Shown here one piece after another: positions 29,446-45,253 of a stretch of DNA of 64,000 bases (position 1 is the stretch's first letter; every line of letters starts with the position of its first letter). A program made the position numbers and the translations under genes. Where the stretch lies: NCBI RefSeq assembly GCF_009914755.1, contig NC_060933.1; one strand, written 5' to 3'. A model generated the notes under the pieces. That model ran no database searches. It had not been told where the DNA came from and saw only the letters and a program-made list of their open reading frames with translations. This DNA is from the human T2T-CHM13v2.0 reference genome, Homo sapiens.

Positions 29446-30009
29446 CACAAACCCTCTTCAAAAATTATCTAGTTACTAAAATATGTGTCAGGCCCAGATG
29501 GTTTTACAGCTGAAATCTATCTAACTTTCAGTGAACAGATAATCCTTATGTTATTCAAAACATTTCTGACCATAGCAAAAGATGGAAAGCTTCCCAATTC
29601 AATTTACAAAGCTAGCATAACCTTACTTCCCAGACCTGACAAAGACAGAATAAAAAGAACACTCTAAAGAATTTCACTGATGAATATGGATGCAATACAG
29701 TACATAAATTGTATGTAAAAATCAGCAAGTTAAATCCAGGTGTCTATTAAAACTGTTGCATACCATGACCAAGCAGAGTATATTGCAGGAATGCAGGGAT
29801 AGTTCAACATTAGAAAATATCAGAACATAACCTATCAAATTGATAAGTTAAATGAAAAAAACATAAATACATTATTTATCTCCTAAAAAATAGCTGCCAT
29901 GTGTAATTTAGAAACAAAATTCCAGGTTTTTTTAAAAAGGGAAGAGAATGTGATAGAAGTTCAAAGACTTTTAAATGAATACCAGTAGCAAATATCATAT
30001 TAAAAAATA

Positions 30010-30610
30010 CTACACAAACTATGCATCTGACTAGAGATCCATATCTAGAATATATAAGGAACTTAACGGCAAATAAACTAATAACCCAGTTCAAAAATGG
30101 ACAAATATCTTTTTTGAGACATTTCCCTAAAGAAGACATACAAATGGTGAAGAGGTATATGAAAAAATGATCAACATCCTTAACCACCAGGGAAATGCAC
30201 ATCAAAACCACAATGAGATACCACCCCACTCCAGTTAGAAGAGCTATTATCAAAAGGACAAAAGAAAACAAGTGTTGGTAAGGATGTGAAGAAAAGGGAA
30301 CACTTACTGTTGGTGGGACTGTAAACTAACACAGCCATTATGGAAATAGTATGGAGGTTCCCTAAAAAATTCAAACTAAAACTACAATATGATCCGGCAG
30401 TCCTCCTACTGGGTATATATCCAAAAATGAAATCATTTTTGTTGAAGAGATATCTGCACTTCTACACTTATTGCAGCACTATGTTAAATACGTGAGGTGA
30501 TGGATACACTAACCACCCTAATTAGATAATTATACAACATATATGTGTGTCAAAACATCAAATTGTACCCCATAAATATGTATAATCACGATGTATCAAT
30601 TAAAAAATAA
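30010..30610 (+). mobile_element. L1MA-type 3' fragment with an internal deletion
   Basis: gaaatgcacatcaaaaccacaatgagatacca; jumps from ttattgcagcact to distal 3'UTR gtgaggtgatggata..tgtaccccataaatatgta..aattaaaaaata. Confidence 0.8.
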
Positions 30611-31377
30611 ACACTAAAACCATGAGCATTAGAAAGTAGAAGCCAAGAAAACAGCATTAATTTAAACGACATTGTTTGGGGAAAGTCTGAGGTAATAAAT
30701 TAGTAAAATTAAATAAATGGCATTAACAGTGGAAAGAAAGTCAACAGTGTTATATGCATATGATATAATTGCGTATCTGGTAACTCAAAAGACTGAAAAA
30801 GGCTAACAGCATTAATAAGAGATTTGATAATATGATTGGATACCAAATGAATACATCAAAGGACATCCTGTGTCCTGGGATCCAAAGATATACTTTAAAA
30901 TAAAATTATTTCTTTTCATATTAATAAAGAAATTGAATGAGTCCAATAAGGTTATTTTTATTAGAATTAGACAAAGTGATTTAAAGATTCATTTAGAAAA
31001 TAAGTGTATGGTGATTGCCAAGAAATCTATAACGTATGAGAATAATGGAAGAGGGATCCTTTCCATACCAGACACTAAGACTTGACAATGTAAGATTCCA
31101 GAGGGAAGGGTTTTGTCTATGATGTTTCCCAGAACCTACACAATGCCAGAAGAATAGCATGCACTCAATAATTGTTATTTCAGTATACAAATGAATTAAG
31201 CAAACGTGATCAAAAGAGCACAATTTTGGTCCATGAATAAGCAGGTAGAACAATGAGAGGGAAGAGAGAGTCAAGAAGCTGATTAAAGTGTATATTTTAT
31301 TACATTATAAAAGTAGCATTCCAATTTGGTGGAAGAGACTTAGTACTTAATCAGTGGCTTTAAGAATATTGACTCTC

Positions 31378-31758
<381 letters not shown>

Positions 31759-32689
31759 CTAGTAGTTTAAAATGTAAATATAAACGTATTAAGCATGCAT
31801 TACCTACAACTTCACTTATATTAGACATCCCTGACTCACAACTGCCTGGACTTCCCAGTCCCCAGCTGTCACAGGCCTGGTGGGACTTCCTCGTTCAAAT
31901 TAAACTTGACTCTCTCTTACCCTCTCTTCATCACCTAACACCTGCTCTTTCTTTCTGGTGTGTGTGTGACTATTCTCCAGATCCCCACTCCAATCGGATG
32001 AAATGTTCTTATAAGAAATTTGCTTTCCAGATATGTCTTCATGGCTGTATTATTTGTGTCCTAATTCGGCAAATAGAATTTCACAGAATAATAAATGTGA
32101 CCAAATTAGTGGGATTTTAATACTAACCATCTATTGTATAATTGTGTTCTGAAATCATCTGTCCTGGGCAAATGATTATTAAAGGAAGCAAAAAATACAT
32201 TTTTCATTTGTAAGATTTTGAAAATAATGCAGTAATCTTAAAAGAATATAGGGAGTTAGTTGATTAATTATAAAGAAGGAAGAGAAAATAGGGATAAATG
32301 GAACTGTCACCCAATTCTACAAACAAAAATGGAAAGATCAATATCATTAGTCCCTGTGGTCTTGCAGGAACTTTCTGGTGAATTTAGATACAACTTCTAG
32401 GACTAGGAAATGTGAAGAAAACCTAGAGTCTAGAAGACTACTTTTTTGTTCATATATTTTTGTTCATTTATTCCTTCCTTCAACAAAGGGACTCCCAAAT
32501 CTATGAGAAATATTTTAACCATAAGACCCAGCACGTACTTGACCAGTTTTCATCCCCCTACAATGAAGCAAATTACACTTTAATGGTTTGTTATTGAGGG
32601 TGTGATTAGCTTTCTGTCAACAGAATGAGAAATTAAAAATCAGAGTCACTTAACCAAACCACAAGCTACATCCACCTTTCCCAAGAGGT

Positions 32690-32860
32690 AACTTAGTTTG
32701 GTAAAAGGAGCATAAACTTGGATGCCATACAATCTTGAGTTCAACTATTTGCTTCAAATATTTATTTGAAAAAATTTTTTTTTAACCTCTCAGAATCTCA
32801 GTTTCCTCATCTCTAAAAGAGAGATACTAAATAACTATCTTACATGTGAGGAAACTGCCT
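32690..32860 (+). mobile_element. MIR
   Basis: ttaacctctcagaatctcagtttcctcatctctaaaa core. Confidence 0.75.
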
Positions 32861-33799
32861 CGGACAATATTGTTCACTCCTGCTGTCCTCACATCTCTTC
32901 CCAACAGAATTTTTGAGGAGAAAAAAAAGAACGTTTTCAAGAATTCTATCTCTAATAGAAAGAAAATGCATATCCAATTTGCTATTAGATAAGGATCATT
33001 CAAAATAACTGTCCAAGTCATTTTTAAGCACCAATTTCATCAAAAGACATGTATTCCAACAATAGCATATTGATTTTATTCTACATAGGCTCTCTGCAGA
33101 TTCAAACATTTGTTGTAGTGTGGGACAGGATTTTTGGCATCACTTTAGTAAAATGTTAGGTTCTTAGTTTGCATAACTGTTGCGCCTGTAATGAGCAGAT
33201 ACAAAGCCTTGGCTCATTTCGCTGCCCTTCACTCCAGAGCAGTGGCCATTTTTTCTTGCTCCCATCTGCAGCCCAAGAAGACTAAGTAAGACCCTTCCAA
33301 AGCCCAGAGATCTATGCTGCAAACTGAGAAAGAGTCCACAATAAAGAATTCACAAAAAATCCTCCATCTTTCAGCATCACAATGATAAAATAGTGTTTGA
33401 ATGTCATCATCAGTAAAAAGTATTCATGACTTCAGTTATTGGAGCTCTCCCTACATGAGATCAGCATAGAAATTGTGGAAAGCCTCATAGACACTACCAG
33501 AAGTGGCTTTTGTATGAGCTCTTAATTGTGATTATACACCTACTCTTCTCTTTTAAAACCAGCTACCATATTGTTTGATATAGAAAAAAATTAGATAAAA
33601 CTGCTCGTTTAGTGAAGCTCTGGTATGGGAAGATATCCGTCATCCTTTTATTTAAATAGCAAATGATTAAATGATTTTGTTAGTATTATTAGAAAGAGGT
33701 AGTGGAAATAGTTGTATGTCACAGCCATTATTGCAAGTTACAAAAATACCCAAGGAGTATAACAACATTCCTAATAACATTGTCACATGTATCGCTTTG

Positions 33800-34030
33800 T
33801 CAATTCTAATTCATTCTTTCTGAAAATATTTGTTTTGTAAACCATTTCAAACACTGCTATAGATGCTGGAGATAAAACATAAAATACAGGCTCTGCCCTC
33901 AAGGTAACGGCAGATGATTAAATAGTCCATTTTAGCACAATGTGGCAAATATTTCGATAGCAGTCAGAGAAAGGTGCTATGGGAACACCCAGAATACTTA
34001 ACCCAGCCTTGGAAGAGAAGGAGGTTAATT
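33800..34030 (-). mobile_element. L2 fragment
   Basis: ttcattc..aatattt..tagatgctggagata..ctctgccctcaagg..ggtgctatgggaacac. Confidence 0.65.
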
Positions 34031-34189
34031 CTTTCCTATTCATTCTTCAGTGATGAAAAGAAGAAGTCAGTTCTTTATTGAAGTTAACTTTTAAGCTTGT
34101 AGAATGAGTGAGAAGCAGCTTCCTAGGCCAACGGTACATTTTTTTCAGTTCTTAAAACTAGAGTAGTCCTCAAGACTAATAAGACCAGT

Positions 34190-34430
34190 TAATAGTGGAT
34201 GAGCTTTGAGTATTTGCCATGGGCTAACTATTATATTAAGCACTGTATATGAATCATATCATGTATCTTTTCACAGCAAACCTATTAGGTAATTCCTATT
34301 GTCCCTATTTACATATGAGGAAGACACGATTTAAATTTCCTAACTTGCTCCTCCAGCATTACACAGCCTGAAACAGTGAGTTTGGGAATCAAACTTGGCC
34401 TGTGCCTTGACCTATTTAGCTGTTTCCAAA
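34190..34430 (-). mobile_element. MIR
   Basis: ttgagtatttgccatggg..ctattaggta..tttacatatgaggaa..taacttgctc. Confidence 0.7.
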
Positions 34431-35044
34431 TACTGCTTCCAAATATCCATTTAGTCTGAGTAGGCTTGTTTTTTGGAGAGGCCATCTGAAGCTCTTTCAT
34501 ACCATGCTATCTTATTACTTTTGTTGAATTTTATCTTATTCAATTCGAAATAAAACAGAGGTGTCACTAAAAAAGACAAGTTATATAGTACTTTATAATA
34601 GCTATATATATAAAATTTGACCAAAAATGAATAATTTTTCATTATTGTCAAGGACAGTGGAGAAACTGTCTTGTCATAACCCAGAGCCAGAGGTAGAAAA
34701 CCAGGTTTTGTGAAGACTATGCTCAGCTGTCATTCATTTTGTCTTTCTCCCCTCCTCCCACCACCAGAAGCTAGGAAAAAGGCACAGAATGGTGTGCTGT
34801 TGTCTTAACTCACCTGCAAGAGTCTATTTCAGGGGACATGCAGGTTTTTCTGAATATGATGTCCACCAGAGATCCAGAGATGGGAGCAGACACTCAGGTC
34901 CATGGGACAAATGTAGGATAAATTGGGAGTAGTTTGATGGAATATTCTTATACCCCACACATGTGTCTACACAATCTTCTCTTTGTAGCCCTGATCATTC
35001 ATTATGTGATAAGGTGCTATGTTTTCCAGCAAATTTGGTATATG

Positions 35045-35305
35045 CAGCCTGGTGGATAAGCATCTAGGCTTTGAATTGGGATAAACTGGGGATTGAATCT
35101 TTGTTCTTCTATTACTTACTCACTGTATGTCTGTGGAAAATTTATGAAACCTCTCTGAATTTTGTTTTTCTGCCGGTAGAGTGAAGCTAAGAAGACTTAC
35201 CCATAAGGTTCTCAAGGACATTAGATGAAAGCATTTGTATAAAGTGCTGAATATGGTAGCTGGCACTTAGCAAGGACTGGGCAAATAGGAGTTATCATAA
35301 TTATT
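35045..35305 (+). mobile_element. MIR
   Basis: gcagcctggtggataagcatctaggctttg..aacctctctgaattttg..gtataaagtgct..tggcacttag. Confidence 0.8.
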
Positions 35306-37534
35306 AGGTTTACAATTCTAAACCTTTGGTGAAAAGTAACAATCCAAGGCATTTTTCAACAGCCAATTTTAAAAATGAATAGCTTCATGCCTTCCCTATA
35401 ATATTCTTGTTCATATCGGTTATTTTCAAATGGAAATGTTTTTGAGGTCTTTTCTTAGCTTAAGTTTTTGAATTGAACCCACTTTCCTACTATAGTCACA
35501 AAGGATTCTCAATGTTCGATGCTAATATCAGAATCTAAAATCAGAGTCTTACAAAATTTAGGGCTAAATGAGCTAAGGGCACAGAAAAGCTCAAAGTGGC
35601 TTGTGTAACCAAAGAACAGCTACTCCTTCTCATTTGCCTCATTCAGGGGATGAATTGCTCCTTCTCTTCCTCTTCATCCCCCACATCCTAAACACATTTC
35701 CTGAAAGACCTTCTGGTTAAGTTCTCATCCCCTTGGCAAGGCAACTTGTCTGCTGAGCCAGTCAGCTGTCTCATTGAGATTCACTGCCAGGTGGACAGCT
35801 TTGATGGCAAGGAGGTGGCGTTCCGCCCAGTTAAGCAGCTTTCAAGCCTCAAGCCATAAAGATGAGCTCCTGGCCCTCCTTCCTCCAGGAGGATACTGCA
35901 GACATATTGCCTGCCCTTGGAAGGATGGCTTTCCTGTGGTGCAAATTATTGAGCTGTGCAGAACACCTTACTTACTGCTCTCTCCTCAGAGCACTTGAGA
36001 CACAGACCTTGTCCAGTTTCTTGTGTCAGCTTTTTTTCCCGTGAAAGGTGCTGTTCAAGTAATTAGCTCGAGTTGGAAGCAAGCAGTAAGTTAGGGGCAT
36101 ATGTGTTTTTTTTTTTCAGCTGAGGCTGATCTTTGCATATACACCAGGGGAAAAAATCCTATGCTGTAAGATATGTACAAAATAAAAGAGCCCATGTTTC
36201 TGAATGAACATTTCTTTTTTCAATAGTCCTTGCACACCTTTTCAGCTAGATAAACCAATAGCTTTACACCTTGAGCAATGATGCTGTTTTCTAGCCCATT
36301 TTATAGACGTGAATATTAAGAACAAAAGATGGCCACAGACTTGAATATGACATTTTAAAAACGAACAGAATATTTTACATATTTTTATCAGAAAGGTATA
36401 TGTGTCCATTAAAAATACAGGTGGGGGGAAACAAAAATCTCCTATTAAGACAGCAAGTAGAGAAAATTGTCATGGAGGAAACCTGTTTAGAAAACTCACC
36501 AGTAAAGAATGGGCAGTTGGAATTTTGTGAGGAGCACTTGCTGGGAGTGGGCTATGCTGTTGTTTTCACCGATTCACTGCCTCTCAGAAAGGGAGGCAGA
36601 GAGGAGCTGCCTCTCCCCTTGTGCATGTGAGAGAGGGTGTCAAGGAAACTCTGGGTCTTGCTATGCTTACGCAGGAGTTTGGTGAGCAGAATGTGCCAAT
36701 GTCCAACATCCACCTGGAAAATCTAAAGGCAGAGATGAGTCATCCAGCTGGTTAGCTAGTGAAGCAAAAAAAGAACTGTTGCCACACTGGGGTGAGCTGC
36801 TTGCCTAGAGTGTGTCAAGCTGAAATGTGCGTGAATATTTACTGCAGGACATCAGGGTGGAGGTGGAGGATTAAGCCAAATGTGAAACATTTCAAATCCT
36901 GCTCAACAGGATACCCTTAAAAAGGGCTGGACAGGGGACTCAGATAGAGACACTCCACGTGGAAGACCACAGGAAAAGAAAGTGGAGTACAGCTGGAGTA
37001 AAATGAATTGTCTGCATCATGGGATGTTCCATCACATTTTGGCTTTGTAAAGAAACAAAACACACATGTACCCAACAATGAGTCAATCTGCCAAGGCCAG
37101 AAGTTGTGAAGCCATCTTTTGAAAGCACCAGTTTGCGTAAGAATGTTTCTGTCCTTCTTTGCCATCTTTCCTGTCCTCTATGCAATTTTTTCTATTCTCC
37201 TCAGGGTTAGCCAAATAGAGAAGAAAGGGTGGACGTCAACAGTGGGGAAAGAGGAAAGAAAGGCTACGTGCCACCACTCCCAATGTTGGTTGCAGGCAGT
37301 TTGATTATAGTTGCTCCTAGCAGGCCAGCTGAATGAGGAATGGCGAATCCTTATGTTTAAGACTGAAGTGTTGGCTAACATATTAGATGGGCTGTTTTTG
37401 AAGAAACACTGTGTATTGCAACCAACATCACTGTAAGATTTTGGTCTAATAATCAAAGTTGTCATAATATTCCAGGGGTAAGGAAAAAATCGAATAAATA
37501 TTAAAAGGATAGTAAGAGATGTAAAAGAGAGTCA

Positions 37535-37673
37535 TATAGACTCTGTCACAGCTGCACAGCTGCTGTAGTAGCTCAAAAAACAGCCATGACAGTATGTAAA
37601 TGATGGGTGTGGCTGTTCTCCCATAAAATTTGCAGGCTACCGTGGCCCATGAGCTATAGCTTGCCAACTCCTG
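37535..37673. mobile_element. MER58A-like hAT-Charlie MITE (partial)
   Basis: ctctgtcacagct..cagccatgacagtatgtaaatg..tagcttgccaactcctg. Confidence 0.7.
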
Positions 37674-37679
37674 TTCTGC

Positions 37680-37985
37680 ATCATCATTTTTAATGACTGC
37701 ATAGAGTTCCATTCTGCAATTTTAACCAGATCCTATTTAATCATTACACTGCTGTTGGACATTTAAGTTGTTTCTAAAGTCTGCTACAAAAGGTGATGCT
37801 TGGATGCACATCTTTGTGCATAAAACTTGATGCCCATCTTATTTATTGTCTGTTCCTAACGTGCAACTTCTGGGACAGTTCCCATTTTAAGGGCTTTTGA
37901 ACAATATTGCCAAATTGCCCTCAAGAAAAGTTGTAACAGTTTTCTTACTCACCAGTGGGGTGAGAGAGTGTCCATTTCCCTACAA
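37680..37985 (-). mobile_element. L1ME-type fragment
   Basis: catttttaatgactgcatag..tgttggacatttaagttgtttc..tattgccaaattgccctc. Confidence 0.7.
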
Positions 37986-39049
37986 GATAGACTACAAAGA
38001 TAGACATACATCTCACACATTTTAAAATAACGAAATGGAAGCTGGGCAGATTGTGTGCCTGAAGTGGTTTATTAGTTACAGTCTTGGTCCAGGAGATAGT
38101 GAGGCCCAACTGTCTCTATTACATGATGCTGCTTCTAAGAGACACAGTGAGAACAGATGATTATCCACTTCTGAAATCTCTGGCTACTGTCTGGCATCAC
38201 ATTTTCTCGATTTTGTTTCCATGGGCTGCCGTGATTACAAGCAGAGTGAACCAGTGAACCAAACCGAGAGTGGGCACACACAGTAAATGATAACCCTATT
38301 CTAACCTTGTCGCACAGTGTGACCCTGGGCAAGACCCTGAACCTCAGCTGTGTGGCAGCTTCTCCGCAGAAAAATGTGACAGCACCCTCCGGGGAGAAAG
38401 AAACTAAATGATTACACTCCTTCCTACAAATATCAGATGTTCGTGAAAAGAGTTTTCTGACCCCATCGCAAGGGAGGAAGGACATGAACTCTTTAAAGAT
38501 AGATGGCTACTGCTTTATCTGAAAGAATCAAAGCAATGGAATTTTAGTGCCTTTATATCATTTGGAAAGTTAGCACTGTTACTCAGTCTGGGCATTAACT
38601 GAAAAAACCTCTGCATCTTGCTCACCGATTTATATCATGGTCCCATCCTGGCCGTGTTTAAGCCCCAGGAAGACATGCACTGGGGACATGTTTCAGAGCT
38701 GCTACAAGCATTGACACCCTATCTCCAGGATTCTCCAAAGCATCTCCACTCATGTTTCTTGCTCTTTCTTGCCTTCTTTTGTTGTCCAACAGCCACTTGG
38801 CTCCCCACCCAGCTTCTAGCCCACCACTCTGACCTCTCTTAGTCTAATATCCATTTCAATGCAGCTTTATGGCTTGACGTCTCTTTCCAAATTTTGATAG
38901 TCTGTCTTAGGTCCCAACGCTGGAAGCTTGCACCCAAATCTAAGGACACTCCCTAGGAATATGCAATGATTGCGTGTGTGATCAGATAATTACCTTCAAA
39001 GATGAAGCCACAACTCAGCGGCTATTGCCTTTAAAAAACTCTTTTAACA

Positions 39050-39950
39050 TTTTTATAACATCTGGAATAAACCTAGGCAATTTCACCACACAGTAGCTTA
39101 ACCACTATGCCATAGGCTCTCCATATAATTGTATCCATTCTCCACAATTTCACTGCCCTATTTATGTGAAACATGAATCAGACAATCTCACTTTTCTACC
39201 TAAAACCTTTCAGTGACTGTCTACTGTCCTCAGGATTAAGTTCCCTTGGCAGGGCTTAATGAGATATGTTGCTATCTGACCTTGACCTTGCCAGTCTTTT
39301 CACTTATCTGACTCATTACCCTCTTTCCATTCTCAGAACCCTCCACTTCAAAAACCCATTGCTCTCACATTCTAGATTTTAGCCAAGAATATTGAACCCA
39401 GGCTGTGCATCTGAATTGCCTGTGGAGTGTTTTAAATATATATAATGTTCAAGGGAGAGGGAGTATATAGGAACTCTTTGTGCTATCTGCTCTTTTTTTT
39501 TTCTGTAAACCTAAAACTATTCTAAAAAAATGTACTAAATGTAGCCAGGTGCCACCATGAATGTTTGAAGTGGGCTGGCACTGGTTGGTGAGTCTGCTCC
39601 ACAGGTAAGACTATTGCCTGGTTCATACTGATCACTCACCACTCCCTCTGAGACACACAGCACTTCCAGGTTCCATGATGTAGCTCAGACTGTTATTTCT
39701 GGGGAGGAACTATACAGCCGTCATGCATCACTCCATTGTGAAATCCTCCCAACTTGCCAGATAGAACAGACCACTCTTCCACACTGTTCTGTATTTCTCT
39801 GGACACACCTCTACCATGCAGTTGATCACAGAGTGAAATAGTGTTCCTTTATGCACCTGTCTCTTCTGTTAGACTATACACCCTGTCAGGGAAGAAGGTC
39901 TGCTCTCCTCATATTTGCATCCTCTATTTTATGAGTAAATAAGTGGATGA
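39050..39950 (+). mobile_element. Degenerate L2 with an embedded MER5-like MITE and a short L1M 3' tail (~39450-39530)
   Basis: cctaaaacctttcagtgact..; ttagactata..gtaaataagtggatga; L1 tail ggaactctttgtgctatctg..ttctgtaaacctaaaactattctaaaa. Confidence 0.5.
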
Positions 39951-39954
39951 CTAA

Positions 39955-40540
39955 TAGTTAATATTTATTGAGCATTTACTATGTGTTGACCCAGCTTTAA
40001 GAGTTTTACACTCTAAGTCAACACTTCTAACAGGTTTAAATAGATAGTTTTTATTTCCCATTTTGTGCAACAGTCAGTAACTTGTTTGCTACATAGTTGG
40101 TTTCAAGTCAGAGTAGCCCAGATCCAGCAACCACTACATTTTGTGGCCTCCCATACGTTAAGGACCACCAAAATTCAGGATATCTGATATTAAGGGATAT
40201 TTTAATCCATTCCTAAATATTTCTTCTATTTCGAACTTAAAATATTGAACTCTTTTACCCACTGTCATGTCTGTATGAGAGATTGGTTTCACCAAAGAAT
40301 GCCATAAACATCAAACTAAAGTATACACGTAAGCACAAAATAGCTCTGGAAACCAGACTGCTTAAGTTCAAATCCAAGCTCTCTTAATAACTGTGTAACC
40401 TTGAGCAAATTATTTAACATCTCTTTGACTCAGTGCCTCTCTTTCAAGTAGGGATATCAATAGTTTCTATTTTATTGTTATAGAGTAAATAAATAAAGCA
40501 GAACAGCACTTAGCATGTAGAAAGAGCTATGTAAGAGCTG
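39955..40540. mobile_element. Two MIRs (~39955-40135 minus; ~40340-40540 plus)
   Basis: atatttattgagcatttactatgtg; gctctggaaaccagactgc..ctgtgtaaccttgagcaaattatttaac. Confidence 0.7.
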
Positions 40541-40960
40541 TGTGTGTATTTTTTATATAACCAAATCTAACTTTAACTGGTTTCAGCCATAAATCATCCA
40601 AATCATTCAAAAGATGTCTTATAACCTTTACCCTTATGGGTTCTTTAGGTAATACAATTTGTATGAATTATATATCATATGTATTGCATAATCTCTGATG
40701 ACTCTTGACCATTTTCTTTCATTTAACTGAAAGTTCACAGCACAAATAATGTAACTTCCTGGTCTATCTCCTGGGAGTCATCTTTGTAGGTGTCATTTGG
40801 TCACAAACTTAAGATGTATGGTATGTTTATACAATTGCTATAATTTGTGTTTCTTTTGAAGTCAGCATTGGAGCTAGCAGGAGACAGACCCTACCACAAA
40901 TGCAGCTGCAACCACATTCTCTCCAGGAGACAGACCAGGTTAGGGTTATGCAGAACTTGA

Positions 40961-41300
<340 letters not shown>

Positions 41301-42129
41301 AATAAGCAAAATCTTAATGTGTCACCTGAGCTCATGCCAAATGTGCAGCACCATGCTTCCATGGCAAAGACTGGGAGACTAAAGGGGCCCCAAGAGACCA
41401 GTCAGGAAGCATGGTACTCTCTTTTAAGTGCCAAGATAAATGATTTAATGCAAGAAACAAGGACAGAAAGTTGCCAGAGATCTCAGAAGGTCCATAAAAT
41501 ACTAGATGACAGATGTTTATTGAACACTTACATGGAACCCCAAGTTTACTTCAAACCCAGCTCCCCTTATACTAAACTCCACTACCTGCCAATGCAATTT
41601 AAATAGCTAGACATTTTCAATAGGCACCTCATAGTCATATTCCTAGTAACATTTTGTTTGGCCTCTAGGGTGTTTCTCTAAAAAAAAAGTTTCCAAAATT
41701 TAAAAATGGGGAGATGTCAAATAAAATCTATATTTTTTGGCTTTCTGAAAAAATCAGGTCTGACCACCTTGGGCTACAATTGTTCATGGCAACAATTGGC
41801 ATCTGCTGGGTAGCAGCTGTACCTTTACCTAGGGCAGGGGTGTTCAAGTCCACTCTGGGTCCCCTAACCCATCTTCTGTTCCGTAGGTATTTGAGGTTGC
41901 ATCCTCTTGGATTTCATGCAAAACCCTTTATTAAATACTACATACTCAGTGATTGTTCAATTTATGTCTGAGGTCTTAAAAAAAAAGGTTTACTATTTTG
42001 TTGGGTTAAATGACGAATCAGTACCTGATAAGAAAGGTTCAGATCTTTAACAGTACAATAGCAGTTTTATGAAACCATAATATATATGCACGTACCTTTG
42101 TCCTTATTCTATGAAAAAAAGACACAGCT

Positions 42130-42330
42130 CAATAGAGAAGAGAAAGAAAATGCTTTGGGGTCAGCCAAAGTGGAGGCAAAGTGGATGCTGGCGCTGCCTC
42201 TTTGAGCAGTATAACTAACTCTCTCTGAAGACTCTCTCAAAGTTTCTGTTTTCTCTTTTCTACAATGAGGATAATTAAATCGGCCTCACAGGGACATTGC
42301 AAGGTTTAAAGCAATACTTTTGTGCTTTGC
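42130..42330 (+). mobile_element. MIR
   Basis: gctttggggtcag..tctacaatgaggataat..cctcacaggg. Confidence 0.6.
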
Positions 42331-43233
42331 TCATGTTGTAGCTTCAGCTTGAAAATTTCTGAGCAGTCCACCCTTTGTCAGGCTGACAAACTTCTCTTAT
42401 GGATCAAGACCAAGACACAAATGCCATTTATTCTCCACTCTTCCAGCCCTTGCTGCCCATGCCATATCCACTAGCACCCTGCTCCAGAGAAAAATTAATG
42501 CCTGTGCTTCTGATTTCTATACTTAACATCTCTGTAGCAGCATGTTCTATTATATGTAAACTTGTATGTATATCTTTCCCTCCACAACAGGAAGCATTCT
42601 TTGTGTTCCTAGAATATGATACAGTGCCTGTTTTATATGTGTTTAGATAATAGTGACCTATTAAGAAGTGGATAAATGCCCTTATTTTTTCTTACTCTTT
42701 GACTCAAGATCTTAAGACGATTACTACTACTGATGATGATGTTTTATTAACTCAATCGCCTAGAATAGATGCATACACACTTGCACTTTTCCAAGCTGTC
42801 TGTTAAAAATATATGAAATGAGCTTATGTAGAAGGAATTTTCTACTCAAGCAGTTTTATTAGGATGGAAAAAAGTTTCCGTAATAAATGCTATGGGCGTG
42901 TTTAACCTCCATACGGCCAGAAGAAGCTGATCTGAACAATTCAGGGGAAATATGATAAACCCTCTTTTTCTCCCAGGATTCATATGTAATTTCAACCCAA
43001 AGTATTTTCAAATTTCAGACTTTTATCAAAATCTAGGTGATAAGGTTCCTGAGGGCAAGGCTGTTTTGTTTATTAATTTATATAATCCTTGGAACAAGAT
43101 CTGCCACATTAGAGAAATTCAATAAATATTTACTGAATCAACATATGAATATGTCAAGGATGCACTGGAATATCAAGCACTTGGTAGGAAGTAACATCAC
43201 ACTACATGCCAGTCAATGTGATAGTCACTTTCC

Positions 43234-43997
<764 letters not shown>

Positions 43998-44932
43998 ACT
44001 TTCTGTACATAACCTCATTTACTTTTATAATTCTTCTCTGAGGTTGGTACCATTGTTTAACCATTTTACAGTTATGTCCTCTTGACTCCAAAGTCTTTGC
44101 TTTCTCCCACCACCCATGCCTATTCTTGAGGTCTGCATCTCATAAGAAAGGGCAGACACACAGAGCGTGTCCTTCTAGAGCACTGAAGGCAAAGGAAGGT
44201 CATGGATAGTTTTTCTCTCCCTGTGGACCCTCCCTGCAGTCATGAAGTTGTCAGTGGTCACAGCGACATTCCCAAGTGGAATAGCTGCTGTTGAACTTCT
44301 GGATTAATGAACAGGCTTTTTTTTCTTCTTCTAGTCCTGATCTGGCTCCCTGGCAAGCAGAACACAATTATGTCTTAACATTTAAAGCCTTTAAGTCATG
44401 GCATGCCTTGCATGCTGGTGTATATGGTTTTGCCTTATGAACTTAATTTTTATTTATTTAAATGGCCCTCATGAGAGTCAGTCATCTTTGAAAGGGGATG
44501 GTTAATAGGGCTTCCTTTTACTCTATCTACAGGAATCTCAATAAGAGGACTGATGTCCGATCTGATGGAACAGTATTTCCCTGTAGGCCATTATTTGCAA
44601 CTGCTAGAGTAAGCAAAACAAAAACTTTTCAACAATGTTATATAAAAACAGAATCTGATGGCACAGAAGATCATGTGTAGGTCTAGAGGAAAATTGATCC
44701 CCAGGGCATGAAATAGAAAACCTATCATGGTACTCCCCTGCCAACTCCCCTTCCTTATACTGTCTTTGGAATGGATACTTTGGACCGGGAAAAAATTGAT
44801 CATTTAATAATCTTTCCTGGCTTTAGCTAATTCAGAGCAACCTTTTGTTTGCTCAAATTATAGATGCATTACATCTAAAACCTGTGTCCTTTTCTTGAAT
44901 TATAAGTTTAAGTTTCAAGTCTGGGCCTTTCT

Positions 44933-45253
44933 TTTATTCTTTCTCCTCCCTGCCCCTTCCTCCCTTCCTTCGCTTTTGTGAGACAGAGTCTCGCTGTGTC
45001 ACCCAGGTTGGAGTGCAGTGGTGTGATCTCGGCTCACTGCAACCTCCACCTCCCAGATTCGTGATTCTCATGCCTCCCAAGTAGCTGGAACTACAGGCAC
45101 CCACCACCATGCCCAGCTAATTTTTGTATTTTTAGTAGAGACAGGGTTTTGCCATAATGGCCAGGCTGGTCTCAAACTCCTGACCTCAAGTGATCCACCC
45201 ACCTCGGCCTCCCAAAGTGCTGGGATTATAGGTGTGAGCCACTGTGCCCAACC
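44933..45253 (-). mobile_element. AluSz/Sx with tail decayed to a CT-rich tract
   Basis: 15-bp TSD agtctgggc(c/t)tttct at 44918-44932 and 45255-45269. Confidence 0.94.
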
